From an uncultured virus (IMG/VR IMGVR_UViG_3300042356_000546) (Duplodnaviria > Heunggongvirae > Uroviricota > Caudoviricetes), in IMG/VR virus record IMGVR_UViG_3300042356_000546: a stretch of 64,000 nucleotides of DNA. One strand, given 5' to 3'. Each line of letters starts with the position of its first letter. The first letter of the stretch is position 1. Of the stretch, positions 31,547 through 39,794 are shown in pieces. The position numbers and the translations under genes are program-made. The notes below the pieces were generated by a model, which saw only the letters and a list, made by a program, of their open reading frames with translations, searched no databases and had not been told where the DNA came from.

Positions 31547-31840
31547 ATGAAGTTTACACAAACAGATTGGACAGAGGCAAACGGCACTAGCCTGCAGGGA
31601 TATGTAACCGCTTACTACCATGAACTGGTAGAAGTGTTTGGCCAGCCCGAAGGCGGCGGCGACAAGACCACAGTGGAGTGGTGTTTGGAATTTGAAGATG
31701 GCACAGTGGCCACAATATACGATTGGAAAGAATACGAAACCCCAATGGGCCAGTATCGTTGGCACATCGGTGGCAAGAGCAAGCAAGCAGTTCATGCAGT
31801 AACTTCAACTTTCAAGGATCATCAATATGACACACATTGA
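31547..31840 (+). CDS. Early hypothetical protein (GTSLQGY...ATIYDWK)
   Basis: Promoter 31492 and GGAGCGAA RBS. Confidence 0.75.
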   Translation: MKFTQTDWTEANGTSLQGYVTAYYHELVEVFGQPEGGGDKTTVEWCLEFEDGTVATIYDWKEYETPMGQYRWHIGGKSKQAVHAVTSTFKDHQYDTH

Positions 31841-32009
31841 ACGATTGGCTAACGAGATTGCAGTGCTGAGTAATGACAGCCTCTCTAAGTTGGCTGCTGA
31901 GTTGGTTAAAGAGTATCCTACTCGTGCAACTACATTTGAGTTCAGTCTTAGCGTTGAGATCCAGGACGCTACGATTACGCAAGACCCCTGGAAATTTGTT
32001 AATCTTTAA
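31827..32009 (+). CDS. Early hypothetical protein
   Basis: Overlaps the previous gene. Confidence 0.5.
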   Translation: MTHIERLANEIAVLSNDSLSKLAAELVKEYPTRATTFEFSLSVEIQDATITQDPWKFVNL

Positions 32010-32018
32010 GGAGCCGAC

Positions 32019-32633
32019 ATGCCAAATTGGTGCAACAACACACTGACACTCACCCACGAAGACCCAGCAATGATCCTTCGTGCTAAAGAAGCACTTGATC
32101 GTGGAGAGTTCCTCAATGAGTTCATTCCGGTGCCAACGGATCTGCAGATCGTTGCAGGATCGTTAGGTGACGGTGACGAGCAGAAAGAATTGGAACGCAA
32201 GACTGCTGAGAATCGCGAGAAGTATGGTTACGGCAACTGGTATGACTTCTGCGTAGGTGAATGGGGCACCAAGTGGGATGTAGGTGGCGATGGTCAGAGT
32301 GATATCCACCCTGATGGTAAGATGCTACACACATCGTTCGACTCAGCGTGGAGCCCTCCAGTCGCTGCCTATGACAAGTTGGTGGAGTTGGGCTTTGGTG
32401 TCAACGCCATGTATTACGAAGGTGGTATGGCCTATGCTGGCGCCTATGATGAGCATGGTGATCAAGAGATCAATCTCGAAGGCATGAGTGCCGACGACAT
32501 TGAGCGTGATCATCCTGAACTGGACGAAGCATTTGCTATCTCAGAAAGCATTCGTGAATACGAAGCAGAGCAAGAGGAAGAGCTTACTGAGTGGATTAAG
32601 GATGGCGTTGCAGCCAATGAGGGAACAAAATGA
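32019..32633 (+). CDS. DUF1281/YubB ferredoxin-like domain protein
   Basis: MPNWCNN, WYDFC..WGTKWD, FDSAWSPP. Confidence 0.75.
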   Translation: MPNWCNNTLTLTHEDPAMILRAKEALDRGEFLNEFIPVPTDLQIVAGSLGDGDEQKELERKTAENREKYGYGNWYDFCVGEWGTKWDVGGDGQSDIHPDGKMLHTSFDSAWSPPVAAYDKLVELGFGVNAMYYEGGMAYAGAYDEHGDQEINLEGMSADDIERDHPELDEAFAISESIREYEAEQEEELTEWIKDGVAANEGTK

Positions 32634-32824
32634 CAAGGAAATATGAATTTAAATTCACAATCGAGTGTGCCAGCGATGGCAGACCCGATATGGATCGAGT
32701 CGAACACATGATCGACTTGAACATGCAGGATCTGGTCTTTGACGATGAGTTCATCGCCGCCTTAGACGAGAAGGAAAGCGTCAGTATTCAAGTTGTTCCG
32801 CAATTTGGTAAACCAAACAGTTGA
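32630..32824 (+). CDS. Early hypothetical protein
   Basis: ATGA overlap. Confidence 0.55.
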   Translation: MTRKYEFKFTIECASDGRPDMDRVEHMIDLNMQDLVFDDEFIAALDEKESVSIQVVPQFGKPNS

Positions 32825-32904
32825 CCAATTCGAATATTGATGCTATACTAATAACATGCTGAATTGGTTGGCATGATTTTTACACACACAGAAGGAAGTT
32901 AAAA

Positions 32905-33210
32905 ATGAGTACCGATAAGAAATTTGCAGTAGCAGGTGTTTCAACCCTCGAAGGCAAGACCAAATTGCGCTTCGCTAACGATACCATGCGTATCAAGATC
33001 CTGGCAAAGAACGGCCACACTGACGTTGAGTTGGTTGAGCTGCCAGTAGAGATGACTAAGGCAGAAGCTGTACAGCACCTTAAGTCTATCCAGTTCGGCA
33101 TAGGCAATGCTGCTATCCAAGCTGCTGTTGCCTATGCAGAGAAGAAAAACCCAGCCCCCCGGGCTGCGGTCAAAGCCCCTGTCGCGAAGACAGCGGCTGT
33201 TGTTGCCTAA
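32905..33210 (+). CDS. Conserved small basic protein with Ala/Lys-rich tail
   Basis: FAVAGVS...RFAND...KILAKNGHTD; AAGGAA RBS. Confidence 0.75.
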   Translation: MSTDKKFAVAGVSTLEGKTKLRFANDTMRIKILAKNGHTDVELVELPVEMTKAEAVQHLKSIQFGIGNAAIQAAVAYAEKKNPAPRAAVKAPVAKTAAVVA

Positions 33211-33280
33211 TACCGATTCGCTCCCGGTATAGAGGCAACTTTGGCATAACCCTGCTAGGTGTAGGGTTATGCTTTTTTTT
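33210..33280 (+). terminator. 3'-UTR hairpin (loop ATTCGCTCC) followed by an intrinsic terminator
   Basis: ATACCG-ATTCGCTCC-CGGTAT, then GCATAACCCT...AGGGTTATGC and T8. Confidence 0.8.
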
Positions 33281-33340
33281 GGTTGACAATTTGGACGTTG
33301 TGCGTTATAATTACAGCTTACACACACAAAAGGACACACA

Positions 33341-33592
33341 ATGTTTACAAATTGCATAGCCTACGCAAAGCTAGTTTACAACAAAAAATTAAAAGCATAT
33401 AAAGTACAGTTTGCATTTAATGTACACAAAAAAATGGTGGGGGACGAGATTAAGTATATATTCCCTACACAAGCAAAATGCAACTATGTTAGTGGGGACT
33501 TACTTGCAGACAACTTGCAAAACGAGGTGCAACGCACTGTGGCTTCTGCGCAACAAAGTTTGCGTACTACAAACATTGTATTTGTTGACTAA
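33341..33592 (+). CDS. Early protein 1 of the TC/CC-depleted island
   Basis: Promoter 33283, AAGGA RBS. Confidence 0.7.
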   Translation: MFTNCIAYAKLVYNKKLKAYKVQFAFNVHKKMVGDEIKYIFPTQAKCNYVSGDLLADNLQNEVQRTVASAQQSLRTTNIVFVD

Positions 33593-33671
33593 ACTGTAGG
33601 GTTATACATAGCGCACTTGACATTTTGGACAAAGTGCGCTATAATAACAACATAGCAACAAAGGAAACACA

Positions 33672-33815
33672 ATGCAAAATACAAAAAGCAAATTAGACAG
33701 TTTAATGTTACAGTTACAAACAGTGCTAGAAGAAGCAGAACTAGACGAACATGTTGCAATACAAAACGCATTTAATGCGTTAGCTTGTGCGCTAGACGAC
33801 ACAATTATACAATAA
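33672..33815 (+). CDS. Early protein 2 of the TC/CC-depleted island (47 aa)
   Basis: Promoter 33617, AAGGA RBS; MQNTKSKLDSLMLQLQTVLEEAELDEHVAIQNAFNALACALDDTIIQ*. Confidence 0.7.
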   Translation: MQNTKSKLDSLMLQLQTVLEEAELDEHVAIQNAFNALACALDDTIIQ

Positions 33816-33907
33816 CACTACAGCGCATAGGGTTATTGCGCACACACTTGACATTTTGGACAAGGTGTGCTATAATACATTTTTAAACAGCATTAGGAGC
33901 GAATACT

Positions 33908-34285
33908 ATGCAAGCAACACAATTTGAAGTTAGCGACAAGCTGACACTGGCAACTACAGACACTAGCGAAGACAGCATTAGCACAACATACGACTGCAAC
34001 ATAGAAGTGCAACTAGCAGGCGACAGCATATGGGACTGCGAGATTGAGGCAGTTACAGTTACAAGCGTACACATACACGAGCAATGGTGGGACGAATTGG
34101 ACGGCGACAGTAGCATACACATTACAGTGTGCTATAACGTAGACGGCGATGCAGAGTACGAGGGCAGCTGGAGACTGTATACAGACAGCGGCTTTGTAGA
34201 TGCGATTAGCACACTGCTAGGTACAGACGTTATGTTTACAGAGCAGGGTATGCAAGACGACGGCTATGCGAGCATGGAGCTGTAA
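33908..34285 (+). CDS. Early protein 3 of the TC/CC-depleted island (acidic, no proline)
   Basis: Promoter 33848, GGAGCGAAT RBS; YTDSGF...FTEQGMQ. Confidence 0.75.
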   Translation: MQATQFEVSDKLTLATTDTSEDSISTTYDCNIEVQLAGDSIWDCEIEAVTVTSVHIHEQWWDELDGDSSIHITVCYNVDGDAEYEGSWRLYTDSGFVDAISTLLGTDVMFTEQGMQDDGYASMEL

Positions 34286-34356
34286 TACTACAGCACACAC
34301 TTGACATTTTGGACAGTGTGTGCTATAATTAACACTTAACAACAAAGGAGCAGTAA

Positions 34357-34512
34357 ATGAAAGAAGCAATACTTGCAAAGCTAGCGGAAGTAGAAGCTAT
34401 GCTGTTAGAGGCAAGCTGTGACGGGGAGCAACTAGCAGAGCTAGAATGCTTTGGGGATATGGAAAGTCCGCTTAACATGCTAGTGCAAGCGGTTGACTAC
34501 TACGTAGACTAA
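34357..34512 (+). CDS. Early protein 4 of the TC/CC-depleted island (51 aa, acidic)
   Basis: Promoter 34301, AAGGAG RBS; MKEAILAKLAEVEAMLLEASCDGEQLAELECFGDMESPLNMLVQAVDYYVD*. Confidence 0.7.
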   Translation: MKEAILAKLAEVEAMLLEASCDGEQLAELECFGDMESPLNMLVQAVDYYVD

Positions 34513-34606
34513 CCTGTAGGGGCGTAGGCCCCGCTGCCCAACGGCGGTTGACACCTAGCCAAAAGCATGTTATAATACATTTACACTAACACATTAGGAG
34601 CAGACA

Positions 34607-34897
34607 ATGGATATCAAACAGATCAATCAAGCGATCATGTTCAGTGACTTGACCAACGACGAGTTGATGTCAGTGATCGATGCAGTTAAGTGGAAGCGGG
34701 CAACTATCGCCAAACTGACCAAAGCCAGCTTGCGAGTAGGCGATAACGTCAACTTCACATCTAGCAAGTTAGGTCGGAACGTGACAGGTGTTGTCACTAA
34801 GATCGCTATCAAGTTCGTTACCGTCAAGACTGCGCAGGGTGCATGGCGAGTACCTGCGAACATGTTAACCAAAATCGAAGACCGAGAATTTGCGTAA
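34607..34897 (+). CDS. Early protein, SH3/KOW-like C-terminus
   Basis: LRVGDNVNF...GVVTKI...WRVPANML. Confidence 0.7.
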   Translation: MDIKQINQAIMFSDLTNDELMSVIDAVKWKRATIAKLTKASLRVGDNVNFTSSKLGRNVTGVVTKIAIKFVTVKTAQGAWRVPANMLTKIEDREFA

Positions 34898-34905
34898 ATA
34901 AACAC

Positions 34906-35232
34906 ATGAGCAAATTAGAATACTATTGCAGGCCCTTGGTGGCCTTTGATGCACATAACAAAGATCATCGTCGCTATTACGCAGAGTTCGTGGAACACAG
35001 CAGTTGGGGCCGTTGCCCAGTCCGCTTCATCTGTCCAGAAGACAATGGCGGTGACTTGATCTCCATGATCAAGAACAATCTCATCCAATACTATATCGAC
35101 CGTGAGTTTGGTGGCGGAAAGTTGGCCACTGAGCGATCAAAGAGTCTTGACGAACAGGCCGGCGTTCTCTACAAGAAAGCCGGTGCTCTGCGCAAAGAAG
35201 CAGCCGCATTGACCAAACCCAGGAGAAAATGA
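34906..35232 (+). CDS. Hypothetical protein
   Basis: TAAATA upstream; RPLVAFD...WGRCPVRF. Confidence 0.65.
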   Translation: MSKLEYYCRPLVAFDAHNKDHRRYYAEFVEHSSWGRCPVRFICPEDNGGDLISMIKNNLIQYYIDREFGGGKLATERSKSLDEQAGVLYKKAGALRKEAAALTKPRRK

Positions 35233-35615
35233 TGGAATGGCTAGACTTCGTGTTGGGCGCGGCCTTGGGAGGCTTTTTGGGCTTCAAGGTAGCCGAACAC
35301 ATCCATGTCACTATGTTCAAAGACATCCTGATCAAACTCAAGGTCAAAGACTCAGACATGCGCAACATGATGCAGGATCTGCAGAAGGATCTGCCTGAAG
35401 ACCACGAGGATGCAATGCCCCGTATAGAAGTCCGGGTTGAGAAGGTGAATGATCAACTGTATGTGTACCGTTTGGATACCATGGAGTTCCTATGTCAAGG
35501 AGCAAACCGTGAAGCCGTTCTAGCCTGCTTGAGTGATCGCTTCCACAAGGACTTTACCATTGTACTATCAGAAGAGCATGGTGCGCAATTCCTAAAGGAA
35601 AGCCCTAGAACCTAA
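35229..35615 (+). CDS. Membrane-anchored hypothetical protein
   Basis: N-terminal hydrophobic helix. Confidence 0.6.
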   Translation: MMEWLDFVLGAALGGFLGFKVAEHIHVTMFKDILIKLKVKDSDMRNMMQDLQKDLPEDHEDAMPRIEVRVEKVNDQLYVYRLDTMEFLCQGANREAVLACLSDRFHKDFTIVLSEEHGAQFLKESPRT

Positions 35616-35661
35616 AGGGCATTTGGTTGACAGATTGGCAGTTCAGTGTTATAATACACAC

Positions 35662-35892
35662 ATGAACAAAACAAATGACATTCTACAATGGACGGGTGCT
35701 GTAGCCATAGTGCTAGGGCACATTCTCAATGCTGTGGGTCCTGCGGCATATCCCTACAATATTATTGTGTTCGCTGTGGGAACAGTACTGTTCCTAACCT
35801 GGGCCTTCCGTGTCAAGAACCGCCCACAACTGATGGTTAATGTGATTTCATTAGCCATAGGCATTGTAGGGTTATTGAAAGCTGTTGGTTGA
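35662..35892 (+). CDS. Small multi-pass membrane protein
   Basis: Three hydrophobic segments; promoter 35627. Confidence 0.65.
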   Translation: MNKTNDILQWTGAVAIVLGHILNAVGPAAYPYNIIVFAVGTVLFLTWAFRVKNRPQLMVNVISLAIGIVGLLKAVG

Positions 35893-35949
35893 CAGATTGG
35901 ACGAATGGCGCTATAATTAATGCTTACACACACTAAACAGGAGCTGAAT

Positions 35950-36303
35950 ATGAATGCAATCGCAACAGTGATCACAGAGCAGGCAGTACAGGACGCAACC
36001 AACGAAGCTGGTATGCAGGCTCGTACAGCCGCTAAGGCATTCCTGCAGAAGCATGGCGATCGTGATGCTTGTGGCTTTGCTTGGGTGGATGTCTACGGTG
36101 TCCGTTCTAACTCCAAGCTGGGCAAGTGGTTGCAGGCCGCTGGCTTCCGCAAATCCTACACAGGCAGTCTCCAACTTTGGAATCCAAGCCAAGCAGGTGT
36201 GCAGAGCATCAGCGTTCTGGAAGCAGGTGCTGAGGCCTACGCAGAGGTGCTGAAGACCAAGTTGGGCTTGGACAAGGTCTACGCTGGAAGCAGGTTGGAT
36301 TGA
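35950..36303 (+). CDS. Early hypothetical protein (CGFAWV motif)
   Basis: Promoter 35889 and GGAG RBS. Confidence 0.75.
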   Translation: MNAIATVITEQAVQDATNEAGMQARTAAKAFLQKHGDRDACGFAWVDVYGVRSNSKLGKWLQAAGFRKSYTGSLQLWNPSQAGVQSISVLEAGAEAYAEVLKTKLGLDKVYAGSRLD

Positions 36304-36623
36304 TGGAAGCCCTCCGAGAAACAACCGGGGGGCAGTTCCCCCCGCACATATACCTACTAGATGGAAACAAACTGGTAGCATACATAAAGACCGGAACATC
36401 GGAGCCTTACTATTTCAAGAATGGTATCAAGGGTTTCGACAAGCGAGGCAGGAAGTTTGAGAGTATAACTCCTAACCCGTTTAAGGTCAAGACACCAAGT
36501 AATCTAATCACTATCAAAGGCTCCAATGGCAAAGAATACACCGTCGATCCAGAAGCAAAAACCTGTACCTGTCCAGGGTTCCAATTTCGAGGTGCCTGCA
36601 AACACCTGGCAAGCCATAGTTGA
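36300..36623 (+). CDS. SWIM zinc-finger protein
   Basis: CTCPGFQFRGACKH. Confidence 0.75.
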   Translation: MMEALRETTGGQFPPHIYLLDGNKLVAYIKTGTSEPYYFKNGIKGFDKRGRKFESITPNPFKVKTPSNLITIKGSNGKEYTVDPEAKTCTCPGFQFRGACKHLASHS

Positions 36624-36641
36624 CAGAATGCTGTCAGGCAA

Positions 36642-36872
36642 ATGAAGCGGTTTACCTTTTGGCGTAATGCCATCGTATCGGAACTCTACGTGGTTGAATG
36701 TGAAACAGAAGCACAGGCCCGCGAGATGTTAAACGACGGCCTAGTGGAAGTCCACTCCGAAGAGTGGGTGGATTGGGCAACTAGGGACTACGAGCTAGAG
36801 CACGAAGAGATCATAGACCCTTTGTACCGTATGGTTAAAGACTATGAATCGGTTGACAGTTTGGGTGAATGA
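36642..36872 (+). CDS. Early hypothetical protein
   Basis: ORF track. Confidence 0.55.
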   Translation: MKRFTFWRNAIVSELYVVECETEAQAREMLNDGLVEVHSEEWVDWATRDYELEHEEIIDPLYRMVKDYESVDSLGE

Positions 36873-36908
36873 GACTATAATTAACACATAGCAACAAAGG
36901 AGCTGGCA

Positions 36909-37019
36909 ATGGTTAAACTCGTAGGTTGGATCGCTGTTACATGGTTCTTGTTCCACTTTGGCATTGCACAGGCTCTGCTGTTATGGACCGCAGGTGTAGG
37001 CACTGTGCTTTTTGGATAA
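36909..37019 (+). CDS. Hydrophobic micropeptide (36 aa)
   Basis: Promoter 36853 and AAGGAG; MVKLVGWIAVTWFLFHFGIAQALLLWTAGVGTVLFG*. Confidence 0.6.
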   Translation: MVKLVGWIAVTWFLFHFGIAQALLLWTAGVGTVLFG

Positions 37020-37020
37020 C

Positions 37021-37425
37021 ATGATGGAATATCACATTGAAGCTGGCGCCAAGACCCGCCGTTATATTGAATCGGTCATGCCCTCCATGCTGACACAATT
37101 GGGCTTGAATCGTAGCCGCAAACTGTTGGTGATCAAGGTGGATCCAGAACTAGAAGAGATGGGCACAACCATTCCTCTAACAGGTATAGACACATTCCTT
37201 GTGGTGCTCAAGCCCAATCGCAACTGGGTCACATTGGGCGTCACACTGGCACACGAGTTGACCCACGTGGCGCAGTTTGCCAAGGGTCATTTGAAGCCTA
37301 CGGCCAAGGGCACCATGTGGAAGGGCCGGCTGTACAAGAGGAATCATCCTTACCTTGATCAACCCTGGGAAATCCAGGCCTTTGCCAAGCAGGAGATTGT
37401 GTTCCGTAGGGCAATAGAGTTGTAA
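37021..37425 (+). CDS. Zinc metallopeptidase-like protein
   Basis: LAHELTHVAQ (HExxH), YLDQPWEIQA. Confidence 0.75.
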   Translation: MMEYHIEAGAKTRRYIESVMPSMLTQLGLNRSRKLLVIKVDPELEEMGTTIPLTGIDTFLVVLKPNRNWVTLGVTLAHELTHVAQFAKGHLKPTAKGTMWKGRLYKRNHPYLDQPWEIQAFAKQEIVFRRAIEL

Positions 37426-37479
37426 AAATACAACGGCATTTTGGTTGACAGATTGGTGGAAGTTCGTTATAATAGAAAC

Positions 37480-37805
37480 AAGAAGAAAGAAAAAGCAAGG
37501 CGATCCTCAAATGTAAGAACCCAGCAGAAATGCAAAAAGGGTTGTAACTAAAGGATACGAAGCGAGTTTAGAGACTCGGCCTAAGCAGAACAGTTAGAAA
37601 AGAGTTAGAGGTTACCTACACCGTTAGGTACTTAAGGCGAGGACAGTGAGGCCGCTCACGCTCAATCTAAGTATATGAAGGCAAAGCGAAAGCTGAAGCT
37701 GGCGGGCACTGTAGGAAGTAATGACCGTCACGGCCCTAGCTAGACGTTGGTTAGGGTAGAGACAGAGAGTTGACAATGGTTCCTTTAATTCTTTTCTAAC
37801 TGTTC
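37480..37805 (+). ncRNA. Structured non-coding RNA of unknown class
   Basis: Own promoter (37445), no RBS-led ORF; 24-bp stem 37588-37611/37782-37805 with two G-U pairs; GAAA tetraloop hairpins. Confidence 0.75.
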
Positions 37806-37877
37806 ATAACTAGGTTGACAACTAGCCAAATTAGTTGTATAATAGACACATACAAACAAACATTAGGAGCGAACCCA

Positions 37878-38261
37878 ATGACTAAAGTAAATTATGACGC
37901 ATTTGCCTCGTTTGACCTCAACGAAGCCTGTGACCACTTTGACTGTACCGATCAACGGGCCTGGAAGAAGATCCGCCCTTTCATCGTAGCAGACGGTGAA
38001 GAGTACGCAGAGGTCATGCTTAAAGAGTTTGACTACGATGAAGTCCATGACGGCGAATACCAGACATTTGAAGCAGGCGTTAAGTATGCCCTGACCAAGA
38101 TGAACATTGCATTTGAGAAGGCAGGTGTGGACCTCCAGATCTGCGAGGTAGACCTGGTAGAGAGCATGGGCTTTATGTTAGTACGTGCTGACGACGAGCC
38201 CGAGGACTTTGTTAAACGGGTCTTGAAGAAGCCCGTTATGATGGTAGACAGCTGGATCTAA
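37878..38261 (+). CDS. Early acidic hypothetical protein
   Basis: Promoter 37815 and GGAGCGAA RBS. Confidence 0.7.
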   Translation: MTKVNYDAFASFDLNEACDHFDCTDQRAWKKIRPFIVADGEEYAEVMLKEFDYDEVHDGEYQTFEAGVKYALTKMNIAFEKAGVDLQICEVDLVESMGFMLVRADDEPEDFVKRVLKKPVMMVDSWI

Positions 38262-38327
38262 TTTGGTTGACAGGGTGCCAAAACCCTGTTATAATTAACA
38301 CATACACAAACACACAGAAAGAGCAAG

Positions 38328-38876
38328 ATGAAAACACATCCTATTATGACATTGGCCAAAGCTAAAGAACTGTTTCGCGATGCCCGTCCATATAAGACCT
38401 TTGTGGCTGAATGGTTAATTGATGGCAAGACCTATAATGTCAACGGCGCAGGTGGCAAAGTCAAAGCCAAACGATTCCTCAACTACATCAAGATGCTAGA
38501 AGACAAGGCTGCGATGGTTGAAGCTGGCATTCCAGATCACGATGCGTTTAATCGTTTGGTACTTGAACAGAATGATGGCGCAAAAGATCCAGTGCGTAGA
38601 CGTGCTCGTGGCCCTGGATTTGCCAGTGCCTTTCCTAACGGACAAGAGCGCAAGGTCAAACTGCGTGTGTATGAATATTTGCCACGTGAGAAAGAGATGG
38701 CCGCTGAAGACTATCGCGAGACCAAAAAACTGTATCCTTTCACCTGCCGTGTAACAGAGATTCATCTTACAGAGAATTCAGGTACACTGATTGCTTCTAA
38801 GACTCAGCCCTGCGTTGTAAATACCGCATACATGGGCCGCGTTGAAATGATCCATATGGCTAGACAAGCGGCTTAA
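38328..38876 (+). CDS. Early hypothetical protein
   Basis: Promoter 38267. Confidence 0.7.
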   Translation: MKTHPIMTLAKAKELFRDARPYKTFVAEWLIDGKTYNVNGAGGKVKAKRFLNYIKMLEDKAAMVEAGIPDHDAFNRLVLEQNDGAKDPVRRRARGPGFASAFPNGQERKVKLRVYEYLPREKEMAAEDYRETKKLYPFTCRVTEIHLTENSGTLIASKTQPCVVNTAYMGRVEMIHMARQAA

Positions 38877-38996
38877 TAGGGGTTGCCAAAGTGTCAGCCT
38901 ACCACTAGACCCTGCAACACGCCTGGGCACTTCGTAGGTTGACACCGAGGCTTTTTGGCAGTATAATTGACACATACACACAAACAGGAGCGAGTA

Positions 38997-39314
38997 ATGA
39001 AAGAACTAGATACTAAAGACGCAGGCGGGTTTGCATTTGCAGCCGCAATGGATGCACAGCGTCAAAACTCAAACAACAAGAGCACCTATTCACAAGATCA
39101 GATCCGCAAGGCTCTCTCAGTAAGAGACCTACTTGATTCAGCGTTCAGCTACAAAAGTCTCTACATCAACTATCGCAAGAAGTTCATAGCAGTCAAAGCA
39201 GAAGGTGCTAGAGCTAGAGATCGTATGGCTAAAGAGGTCGTTGAGTTATTCGAAAGCAATGGCTACAATGTGGCAGCTACGCCACAGGGCTTGATCGTGC
39301 GTATTGCCAAATAA
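38997..39314 (+). CDS. Early hypothetical protein
   Basis: Promoter 38939 and GGAGCGA RBS. Confidence 0.7.
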   Translation: MKELDTKDAGGFAFAAAMDAQRQNSNNKSTYSQDQIRKALSVRDLLDSAFSYKSLYINYRKKFIAVKAEGARARDRMAKEVVELFESNGYNVAATPQGLIVRIAK

Positions 39315-39372
39315 TGGTTGACACATTAGCCAAACTGCCGTATAATTACTACATACACACAAAGGACACTAA

Positions 39373-39564
39373 ATGACTACTAGACAAAAGGCTTTATCTT
39401 TCCTGTACGCAGGTATTGTGCTACTGTTAGGAGTTGTGGGCGGCATTGAAACCAGCCCAGATCTACTGTCAGGCGATGGCGCATACCTAGGCCTGTTTGC
39501 ACTGGTAGGCATAGGCTTTATGGCCCTGGGTGCATCATATGCCAACGAGGCAGCATCAGAATGA
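39373..39564 (+). CDS. Small membrane protein
   Basis: Two hydrophobic segments; promoter 39318. Confidence 0.65.
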   Translation: MTTRQKALSFLYAGIVLLLGVVGGIETSPDLLSGDGAYLGLFALVGIGFMALGASYANEAASE

Positions 39565-39794
39565 TTACTATACAAGGACTTACTCACAAGCAGAAGGTGC
39601 TTATGGATGTGATGTGGGCTATGGATTCAATGCCCGCAGTTGAAGCATTCATCAAGAGCCTGCCCAAACGTGATGGCCAGGACTGTGCTAGCCTAGTCAC
39701 TATCGCTGTGCAGGAAAGCCTAGAACAAGATAACAGACTGGATCTCTATGAGCAGGATACTCTTGACCTTATTGCTCGTGTTAGCAGCCGCTAG
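39561..39794 (+). CDS. Early hypothetical protein
   Basis: ATGA overlap. Confidence 0.6.
   Translation: MITIQGLTHKQKVLMDVMWAMDSMPAVEAFIKSLPKRDGQDCASLVTIAVQESLEQDNRLDLYEQDTLDLIARVSSR

Noticed and set aside
33547..34467. UV pyrimidine-dimer avoidance or ordinary codon bias as the cause of the TC/CC desert
   Set aside because: TT and CT remain frequent, the opposite strand keeps TC/CC, and the rule extends through non-coding DNA.
37588..37805. Retron msr-msd interpretation of the ncRNA because of its terminal inverted repeat
   Set aside because: No reverse transcriptase in the window, and the interior is multibranched rather than one long msd hairpin. An RT elsewhere in the genome cannot be excluded.
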